Source of the DNA: Chlamydiota bacterium
GTDB taxonomy: Bacteria > Auribacterota > JACPWU01
Direction of reading: 5' to 3'
DNA length: 13,393 bases
NCBI GenBank assembly: GCA_016196885.1
Contig: JACPWU010000055.1
Location: 1-13,393 of the forward strand
This document shows positions 1-6,716 of this stretch, piece by piece. The stretch's first letter is position 1. The number at the start of each line of letters is the position of its first letter. A model generated the notes under the pieces. That model searched no databases. It was not told the origin of the DNA and worked only from the letters and a program-made list of their open reading frames with translations. The translations under genes were made by a program, and so were the position numbers.

Positions 1-209
1 CCAAGCTGCTTAATACTGTTTTTCCGCTCCTACTTTTTTCTATCATCCCCTCTTGCTACCTACTTCAAGGGACAATACGAAGCAAAATCTTTTGGATTTG
101 AATGATGCATACACACCCCCCTCCCCTTGGACTTAAAGCTTTTCAAACCCACACAATCCCGTTTTGGGGGTGACAGACCCTTTAGAATAAAAACATAATC
201 CTTTTGCTC

Positions 210-1496
210 TCATTTCCTTAGCTCCTTTTCCCCGATTCCTTCTCGATCTCTAGAGTTAACTCCAGAGTCAAGAAAATTTTTATTCTTTCGATAAAATAGT
301 TCGCATCCTAAAAAAAGATAAAACGGTCCATAAATGGCGGACATCCGCAACCCACTCCAAAGGTCAGGCACTCCATTATCCTGCGAAGATAGAAAATAAA
401 AGAACATCGTCCCCGAAAGCAACCACCAGGCCTTGAACCGTGTTATTCCGGTAAAGACTAGAATCCAGGTAAGATACCACGGGTGAACGCAAGGGCTCAC
501 CATCAAGAGCCAGGCCAAACTATAATGAATGCCCTGTATAGGATTGCACCAAAATTTTTTAAGAAGGACAGCCCCACCCGTCAAAAATATCCAAAGCAAT
601 ATCGTATTTTTATCCCGGGGAATAAACATAGACAAAGAACCATTCGATGAAGCGACTTTCCAAAATCGAATCGATTCCTGTAGTTGCGGGAAAGGGTGTC
701 CGTACAATATCAACCCTAAACAGGGAATTATGAAGACAAGCCATAACCAATTCTTTCTTTTCATCCTGAGCGCATAAAAGGGAAGCGCTATCACTGCCAC
801 TTCTTTAAAAAGAATGGAACAACACAAGAACAGGATCGCAAGAGCCTCTTTATTTTTCAAGAGACATCACAGACTTGCCAGCAAAAAGAAAATCATTAAG
901 CTGTCAAAATGCCCGCCTCCTGAGAAACTATAAATAACCAAGGGATTCCAGGCATACCACCATAGACGATGCTGAGGTATACCACAGAACCGCAGCATGT
1001 TCTGAAGAAAACAAATGATTCCAAAATCAGCGATTGTAAAAAGAACAGGGTTTTCTGCGATCCCTGAACATATTCTAAAAGTCAACTCTGCCAGGGGGGG
1101 ATAAATCGCTGAATAATCAGGGTGATTGATGAAAGGCCAATAGAATGTGCGAAGTGCCTCCAACTCATGAGAGCCTGGAGATAGCAAATAAGGACTATAT
1201 CCAAAATTCTGTATTTTCCCTTCCCAAATATATCTCCAAATATCATCCCCCGGATACATGGGAATAAGGATAATTCTAAAAAGAATGGCAACGGTGTAAC
1301 CTATCCACAAAGGTATTAATTTATTTTGGGTGAGAAAACGGCAAGCTAGGCCATACCCCCCCATGGCAAGCATTGCACCTAGAACGAAAAAAACGGGATA
1401 ATGAGGCTGGCGAAAATCGCCAAAAAAAGACAGAACAACAACCCCTACCCCCTCTATAACTAGAAAGGGGAAAATAAAAACAAAATTTTTCTTCAC
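210..1496 (-). pseudogene. Polytopic GT-C-fold membrane glycosyltransferase (DUF2029/GT87-like mannosyltransferase type), split by one in-frame TGA at 867..869
   Basis: ORFs 867..1496 and 210..860 are in the same frame. The minus strand reads ...FFLLASL-TGA-CLLKNKEALAIL..., which continues a hydrophobic helix across the stop. The N-terminal part has a first-loop acidic motif (YPGDDIWRYIWEGK) and YPPLAE. The C-terminal part has the HPWYLTWILVF motif typical of this family. There are many predicted TM helices. The start is GTG at 1496, 27 nt after the upstream stop. Confidence 0.6.
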
Positions 1497-1523
1497 AACT
1501 CACCACTCACTCATCACGATTGT

Positions 1524-3269
1524 TCAGATTCCGATCGTATTTAGTTTTAAAACATCTGTCGGGCAAACACTCACACAAAGGCCGCAGCCAATGCACGAGC
1601 TGTTGAGGTTGGTCAGCGTCTCGCCTTTTAATGCAAATTTTCGAACGTCAATTCCCACTTCGCAGTAACGTGTGCAAAGGTTACAGGCGATACATCTTTC
1701 CTTTCTGGGAAGAATGGCATAGTGACTTCGCCCTTTCTTTGTAAACCAGGCCGAAATCAAATGCATGAATCCGGCTGTCGGACACCAGTACCGGCACCAA
1801 ATTTTCCCGCCCAGGAAGGGATAAAGAGAGACTGGAATCACCGCGATTAAAGCAAAATCAACCGTCCAACTATAAAGCGTTTTGATAAAATTTTCACCCG
1901 GCACCTTGAGCATGGCCCAAAGGGTCGCAATCACCGCAAACGTCATGACGTAAAAAATCTGCCTTTCACGCTGACTATTGACTTTGCCTCCAGGCCGATA
2001 ATGACGCCATTTGTCCCCTAATGTTTCAGCCAACCCGCCACAGCCACAAATCCAAGAACAGTATTGTTTCCCTGTAAACATCACAAAGACCGGTAAAAGG
2101 ACAAATGATAAAATGACCGTCCACCAAAAATAAAACTTCTGTGGGCTTTGCAAAAAGGATTGCACCGTCACAGGGCTTAATCCCAAAGGCCAGGCGTATA
2201 AAAGGGAATACGCCTGCCAATGGTGCAAGATCACTTCAGGGATCACGCTAAAGAAAGTGGTTTGAAAGAAAACCGGCGAAAGATATTTTTTTGTTTGAAG
2301 AGAATCGCGATATCTTAGAATCGCTTTAATCCCAAAAATCCAGACCACGCCCGTATAAAGCCAGGGATAGAAAGAGCCTAAATTAAAATTTCCAAATTGA
2401 GGATGAATCTTTTTGAGTGTGTAAAACAAGCCTATCAAGCTCACCCACGAGAAAAACCAAATCCATGTCTTCCATCCAAATGTTCTTTCAAACCTTAAAG
2501 GAATTCGACAGAGCATATCCTGTGGAAGCTGGGTCACTTCCACATTTTCTTTTGTGACACAACCCTTTTCTTCGGCCACCTGAAGCTTGTTTAAAAGAAC
2601 GAGTTTTCCCACTGCGAGAATCACATGCTGAGCCTCATATTGGGCCCCTTCTGCGGCCTTTACGGCAAAGCGCCCCCCTTGCTTCAAAATGTCTTTAACT
2701 TGCTCTCCTATTTTTACTTTAATAGGATGCTCCTTCATCCAATCATCCCATTCGCTCAAAATCTTGTGTGTGACTGAATCATGAAATTCCAGATCCGACA
2801 GAACATGTTTTAACCCTGTCTTGGCGTAAAAAAGCGGCAAATCCTTCTCAAATTTTCGAACGGTTGTAAAAAGTTCGCTTTTCTCCAGCACAAGATAATC
2901 TACTCCCTGTTTCTCTAACTCCAAAGCTGCCGCAACCCCTGCAGGTCCGCCTCCAATAATTAAAACGGGCCAGATATCTTTCTCTTTCTTCTTCCCCTTC
3001 AAGCACTTTTCATAAAGATAACGGGCCGCAAGGACACCCTGATTTAATGCGGCTTTGATGTCTGGCTCACCTGAAAGATTCCCAATGATAAAAAGATTAT
3101 GAATATTGCTCTCGCCATGACGTGTGAGAACAGGATAGCGTTCCCCAAATTCCAAGATGGAATCCTTCCCGGTAAAAAGCGATTTCCACGTCGCGGGGTT
3201 TACCAATGCTTTTGTGTCTTCCCACACTGCTTTCAGTATTTGACGCAGACTAAGGGTAGTAATTTCCAT
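1524..3269 (-). CDS. Membrane flavo-iron-sulfur oxidoreductase: N-terminal FAD/NAD(P)-type Rossmann domain fused to a NapH/MauN-like polytopic domain and a C-terminal 2x[4Fe-4S] ferredoxin domain
   Basis: The 581-aa ORF has a dinucleotide-binding motif VLIIGGGPAGVAAALELEKQGVDYLVLEK and an HVILAVG (ATG-type) motif. It has several TM helices with the NapH-like motifs CSWICGCGG and WCRYWCP. The C-terminus has CIACNLCTRYCE and CIGCGLCVSVCP (CxxCxxCxxxC(P)). A GGGAG Shine-Dalgarno lies 5 nt upstream of the ATG, with a 10-nt gap to the upstream gene. Confidence 0.75.
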   Translation of the reverse strand: MEITTLSLRQILKAVWEDTKALVNPATWKSLFTGKDSILEFGERYPVLTRHGESNIHNLFIIGNLSGEPDIKAALNQGVLAARYLYEKCLKGKKKEKDIWPVLIIGGGPAGVAAALELEKQGVDYLVLEKSELFTTVRKFEKDLPLFYAKTGLKHVLSDLEFHDSVTHKILSEWDDWMKEHPIKVKIGEQVKDILKQGGRFAVKAAEGAQYEAQHVILAVGKLVLLNKLQVAEEKGCVTKENVEVTQLPQDMLCRIPLRFERTFGWKTWIWFFSWVSLIGLFYTLKKIHPQFGNFNLGSFYPWLYTGVVWIFGIKAILRYRDSLQTKKYLSPVFFQTTFFSVIPEVILHHWQAYSLLYAWPLGLSPVTVQSFLQSPQKFYFWWTVILSFVLLPVFVMFTGKQYCSWICGCGGLAETLGDKWRHYRPGGKVNSQRERQIFYVMTFAVIATLWAMLKVPGENFIKTLYSWTVDFALIAVIPVSLYPFLGGKIWCRYWCPTAGFMHLISAWFTKKGRSHYAILPRKERCIACNLCTRYCEVGIDVRKFALKGETLTNLNSSCIGCGLCVSVCPTDVLKLNTIGI

Positions 3270-3279
3270 ATAACTCCCA

Positions 3280-3744
3280 TCATTTTAGTATTTTGAACCC
3301 ATCACCTACAGCCTTCGCCACGTTCCCAAGACAGCAAGTCCCCTGGGGATTAGAGCGCTCACAAAAACAATGGCCAGAGCTGACCTCTTGTGTTATTGCT
3401 TCGACAGCCGTGGATTTGCCTGTCTGGCGAATTTCATCCCAAATTCTCACGCGATCCCACCCGAAGCAGTAACATACAGGAATAGGATCTTCTTTTTCTT
3501 TAATTCCCACCCTTACTTTTAAATCAGATTTATGGAAAAGAGAACCCCCTTGCAGCGAAAAATAAACGACAGGGCATTCAGAAGTTGAGCAAAACCAATA
3601 AGGCACGTCCTCAATGATGGATATGTCTTTCAAAAGATTTTCAGGAGTGACCCTCTGAACGGGTTTTCCTACCTTGCCGCATTCCGGGCAAGTCGTCTTT
3701 ACAGGTCTGACAGGTTCACAGCAGTTTCCCATACCAAGCCTCAC
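3280..3744 (-). CDS. CopZ N-terminal-domain-like zinc-ribbon/[2Fe-2S]-type Cys-rich metallochaperone candidate
   Basis: The ORF is 154 aa. Zinc-ribbon cysteines sit in TCPECGK...WFCSTSECPVVYF. The conserved block KVRVGIKEKEDPIPVCYCFGW...GHCFCERSNPQGTCCLGNV matches my recollection of the Archaeoglobus CopZ N-terminal Zn/[2Fe-2S] domain family. The GTG start at 3744 overlaps the upstream stop (GTGA). An alternative ATG lies at 3732. Confidence 0.6.
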   Translation of the reverse strand: MRLGMGNCCEPVRPVKTTCPECGKVGKPVQRVTPENLLKDISIIEDVPYWFCSTSECPVVYFSLQGGSLFHKSDLKVRVGIKEKEDPIPVCYCFGWDRVRIWDEIRQTGKSTAVEAITQEVSSGHCFCERSNPQGTCCLGNVAKAVGDGFKILK

Positions 3745-4301
3745 AATTTGGGTTTTTCAGCTTTGTAGCCTGTTCCATTAACTGCATTGACGATTTCGTC
3801 CAGGGACGTCTTTTGGGAATCGTAAGAAACTTGGGCAGTTCCCTCCCGGGCACTGGCCTGAACACTGCTGACACCGGGCAGTTTTTTTACGGCTTGTTGG
3901 ATAGCGATCTCACAGGTAAAACAGCTCATTCCTTTGACAGGAATTGAAACCTGAACGCCTGACTTTGAAAGACCCTCCTTAAGATTTCCCTTGGCGTAGG
4001 TGAAAAAATTAAGCCCTGCCAAAGCTAAAACAACCACCGAGGCCGAAATAAGAATGTTTTTGGTCATTTTCCTCCCTCCCATTTCACAATGAGCCGAAGC
4101 ACATGCCTTCCTTTCCTTGAAATAGCCTCTCCAAGCAAAGGCCAGCAACGCCGCAGCCCCCAGGATAAAATACCAATGATATTTTCCCAGAATCGCCCCT
4201 AAACCCAACCCTCCGAATCCAACCAAAACCAGCACAACCGGCCCCAAACAGCAAATGGATGCGATCATTGCTGATAGAAAACCTAAAACTTTTGCCTTCA
4301 T
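3741..4301 (-). CDS. merTP: MerT-like mercuric/soft-metal transporter fused to a C-terminal MerP-like HMA domain (MerTP-type fusion)
   Basis: TM1 reads AMIASICCLGPVVLVLVGFGG, comparable to Tn501 MerT ILASACCLGPLVLIALGFSG. A second Cys pair lies in a loop after TM2 (AWRGYFKERKACASAHC). After a third TM helix comes an HMA fold with GMSCFTCE (MxCxxC). A GAGGAG Shine-Dalgarno lies upstream of the ATG at 4301. Confidence 0.75.
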   Translation of the reverse strand: MKAKVLGFLSAMIASICCLGPVVLVLVGFGGLGLGAILGKYHWYFILGAAALLAFAWRGYFKERKACASAHCEMGGRKMTKNILISASVVVLALAGLNFFTYAKGNLKEGLSKSGVQVSIPVKGMSCFTCEIAIQQAVKKLPGVSSVQASAREGTAQVSYDSQKTSLDEIVNAVNGTGYKAEKPKL

Positions 4302-4321
4302 CTCCCCAATCTCCTCTCACA

Positions 4322-5032
4322 TCATTTTTGTTCATCATCATTCAAAGACCAATCATATCCTGTATACCGGATGCCATACGACGCCAAGTCGGACGGGGCT
4401 TTCGGCAGATAGGGCTCAATAAAGGATAAGACGGATCCCGACTTCTTTACAAAATCTGCTTCGAACCACTTAAAGATCGGTGATAAATAAATGACACCTT
4501 TAGCCGCGTCTAAAGAGTTTTTATTTTTATCGGATAGAAATATGCGGGCTTGGTCTTCCAATTGTTTTTGCAATTGATCCGGCACGTAAGGTTCCTCGCG
4601 AAGCGTGGGGCAGCCGCGCGCGGCACAGACCAGCGCGAAATGGATCAGGGGTTCCTGATACTGCTTTCGCAAGATGTCATGCTCAAGCGTACCCAAAGTC
4701 AAAGTCTTTCCAAATAAGCGAACGACAGGCTGATCCCAGGGCCCTTTAAAAAAGGTCCCGATTTTCTTGATACTCGCCACGGGATAATGATCAATCACCA
4801 GTGCGAGCGTTTGGGCATTATACAGATTGATCAAAAAGCTCAAACGCTGTTCTAGAGTCCATTTTTCGAATTCCTCTTCGGATACAGCCGCTGTTTTGTT
4901 CAGATACACATCCAATGTCAGCCGATCCGCCTTTAAAGCCGCATAATCAACACGGCCGTTTTGAACGTATTTTTTCAAAACATCGCCGTAGCGCGTATGC
5001 GTGTGATCAAACTCGGCAGCAAAAGACATCAT
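4322..5032 (-). CDS. DUF547 domain protein (mature domain only); its apparent signal-peptide coding part (5033..5087) is out of frame because of a G8 tract
   Basis: Family-typical blocks are present: NLYNAQTLALVIDHYPVASIKKI, PWDQP, LTLGTLEHDILR, EPLIHFALVCAARGCPTLREEPY and YLSPIFKWFEADF. An upstream ATG at 5087 preceded by GGAGAAG encodes MKNLKKLVIFALLAGG..., which is offset by 1 nt from the 5032 frame. Confidence 0.8.
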   Translation of the reverse strand: MMSFAAEFDHTHTRYGDVLKKYVQNGRVDYAALKADRLTLDVYLNKTAAVSEEEFEKWTLEQRLSFLINLYNAQTLALVIDHYPVASIKKIGTFFKGPWDQPVVRLFGKTLTLGTLEHDILRKQYQEPLIHFALVCAARGCPTLREEPYVPDQLQKQLEDQARIFLSDKNKNSLDAAKGVIYLSPIFKWFEADFVKKSGSVLSFIEPYLPKAPSDLASYGIRYTGYDWSLNDDEQK

Positions 5033-5038
5033 GGATGG

Positions 5039-5046
5039 CCCCCCCC
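5039..5046 (-). repeat. Homopolymeric G8 (minus strand) / C8 (plus strand) tract at the signal peptide/mature domain junction of the DUF547 gene
   Basis: Direct reading gives plus-strand cccccccc at 5039..5046. Removing one G fuses MKNLKKLVIFALLAGGPSMMSFA-AEFDH in frame. Confidence 0.9.
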
Positions 5047-5102
5047 GCCAATAAAGCGAAAATAACGAGCTTCTTGAGATTTTTCATGTTCTTCTCCATT
5101 TT

Positions 5103-5269
5103 AACCCTAAAACCGAAATTGGCGCGTGAACCGAGACGCAAGAGCTTGAGCCAGATTGGCCTGAAGAAAACGTAGGCATACATTGACAGATGTCTGTCGA
5201 GGCTTTCTGAAGGCCAAGGTGGCCAAGATCTTGCGTCGAATTCCGCGGTCCAATTTCGGTTTTAGGGTT
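5103..5269. repeat. Long imperfect hairpin with 20-bp perfect terminal inverted repeats (AACCCTAAAACCGAAATTGG / CCAATTTCGGTTTTAGGGTT); MITE-like element or structured leader RNA
   Basis: The arms at 5103..5122 and 5250..5269 are perfect reverse complements. The interior also pairs: 5135..5142 gacgcaag with 5230..5237 cttgcgtc, and 5156..5162 with 5211..5217. An apical hairpin forms between 5185..5189 and 5194..5198. TTA flanks a 165-bp core on both sides (5101..5103 and 5269..5271). Confidence 0.6.
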
Positions 5270-5328
5270 TAAATAAGTTTTCAGAATTAATTTCAAGAAA
5301 GTTCCTCATAAAAAAGTCATGGGCCATT

Positions 5329-6624
5329 TCACAATAAAAACACACCGTACAAAGGAACGGATTTGATATGATTCTCGAACCCAAAATTTTTTGCGGATAC
5401 CCTGATGGAATATTCAGACGGATATTTGGATAAATAAACCGATAGGCTTCTAGAACGCGTATGAGTTCCGGCTTTGACTTCTATCGGAATGACGAAGCCC
5501 TCTTTTTGAATCACAAAATCTATTTCCGCAATGCTTTTGGATTCCCAATAATGAAGGAGATATCCGTTTTTTTGCAATGCTTGTGCAACATAATTTTCCG
5601 TGATAGCACCCATAAAAGCGGCTCCTCCAAACGAGGAAAGAACGGCCTGTTGCGGAATCCCTGATTTTGCTGTCAAAAGCCCCACATCACTCATGTATAA
5701 CTTGAAACTGGATAAATCTTGATGCGCGCTCAGGGGGAGAAAGCCCTGTTCAACTTTTGTACATTTTAAAACAATACCCGATGCTTGCAACCAATCGAGC
5801 GCGATACCAAAAATGCTTGTGGTCCCCCCTTTTCGAACGAGCTTATATTGAAATTTCTTATTTTCCTTGGCAAGCTGTGTGGGAATCGAATCGTAGGCAC
5901 CCCTTATTTTGACACTTTCCGTAGGCGTCGCGTACTTTGCCATATCGGAAATGTACGCGTTCAGGATGTCGTTTTGAATGTCAGGAACGAGAAGTAATTT
6001 CCCTTCTTTAAGATATTCACGAATGCTTGCCGGCATCCCCCCCACAATGAGGTATTTTTGATATAATTCCAGCGCCTTCACGTGCAAGGCTTCTGGCAAA
6101 GGTGTATTCACGGCAAAGGCATTTCTGATTTCGTCTAACAAAGCCTCTTCGCCCAACGACCACAAAAACTCTTCAAAATCAAGAGGATGCAATGTCTCAA
6201 TTTCCACTTTTCCAACGGGGAATGAATATTTTTCTCTATTCAGCGCAACGCCCAAAAGACTTCCCGCGGCCATGACGGGGTATTCATGGGCCTCTTCACA
6301 AAAATACTTCAAGGAAGTCAGGGCCCTTTCGCAAATTTGGACCTCATCAAAGACGATGAGTGTTTGCCGCGGAAGAATGCGGACTCGGGAACTTGCTTCA
6401 AGGAGTGGAATGATTCGCTTGGGAGAAATATCTTGATCGAAATATGAGGCAATAGCAGGATTTGTTTCAAAGTTGACGTACACAAAATTTTGATAATGTT
6501 GAACAGCAAATTCGGTAATGAGATATGTTTTTCCGACTTGCCTTGCCCCATTCAAAATCAGAGGCTTGCGCTCGGATGCCCTTTCCTTCCATTTAACAAG
6601 CGTATCCATCATCTTTCGTTTCAT
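5329..6624 (-). CDS. AAA+ ATPase with C-terminal DUF4143 (PD-(D/E)xK nuclease-like) domain
   Basis: The ORF is 431 aa. It has a Walker A motif (LNGARQVGKTYL) and a Walker B-like motif (LIVFDEVQ). The C-terminal motif AEIDFVIQKEGFVIPIEVKAG is typical of the AAA_14/DUF4143 ATPase family. It looks intact. Confidence 0.85.
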   Translation of the reverse strand: MKRKMMDTLVKWKERASERKPLILNGARQVGKTYLITEFAVQHYQNFVYVNFETNPAIASYFDQDISPKRIIPLLEASSRVRILPRQTLIVFDEVQICERALTSLKYFCEEAHEYPVMAAGSLLGVALNREKYSFPVGKVEIETLHPLDFEEFLWSLGEEALLDEIRNAFAVNTPLPEALHVKALELYQKYLIVGGMPASIREYLKEGKLLLVPDIQNDILNAYISDMAKYATPTESVKIRGAYDSIPTQLAKENKKFQYKLVRKGGTTSIFGIALDWLQASGIVLKCTKVEQGFLPLSAHQDLSSFKLYMSDVGLLTAKSGIPQQAVLSSFGGAAFMGAITENYVAQALQKNGYLLHYWESKSIAEIDFVIQKEGFVIPIEVKAGTHTRSRSLSVYLSKYPSEYSIRVSAKNFGFENHIKSVPLYGVFLL

Positions 6625-6641
6625 ACATTCACCAGAAGCTA

Positions 6642-6670
6642 AATATACAAAATTATGATTAATAAGTCAA
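6642..6670 (-). promoter_or_regulatory. Candidate sigma70-type promoter for the ATPase gene (TTGACT-N17-TATATT), with the -35 inside the palindrome arm
   Basis: On the minus strand TTGACT lies at 6670..6665 and TATATT at 6647..6642, with a 17-nt spacer. The -10 ends 17 nt upstream of the ATG at 6624. This rests on the hexamer match only. Confidence 0.35.
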
Positions 6671-6709
6671 ATATAATAATTTATATATTATTATATTTGA
6701 CTTATTAAT
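6658..6709. repeat. Perfect 23-bp AT-rich inverted repeat with a 6-nt spacer, in the ArsS/ATPase intergenic region
   Basis: 6658..6680 (attaataagtcaaatataataat) is the exact reverse complement of 6687..6709. The spacer is ttatat. The repeat starts 8 nt after the ArsS stop codon. Confidence 0.9.
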
Positions 6710-6716
6710 TTAGCGC

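Noticed and set aside
1-209. The left-edge non-coding stretch with C- and G-runs (cacaccccccctcccc, ttttggggg) might hold a terminator or small RNA.
   Set aside because: Only 3 to 4-bp stems can be drawn. There is no T-tract terminator, no tRNA-like structure and no ORF of useful length.
5084-5296. A 70-aa minus-strand ORF spans the intergenic hairpin element.
   Set aside because: It runs straight through both arms of the inverted repeat. It has no SD, no recognisable motifs and low-complexity composition. It is best explained as a chance ORF in a structured non-coding element.
6658-6709. The AT-rich palindrome might be a CRISPR repeat, an integron attC site or a classic intrinsic terminator.
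   Set aside because: There is only one copy and no spacer periodicity. No GTTRRRY/RYYYAAC core sites flank it. The stem is almost pure A/T and lacks a clean downstream T-tract, so it is a weak terminator at best.
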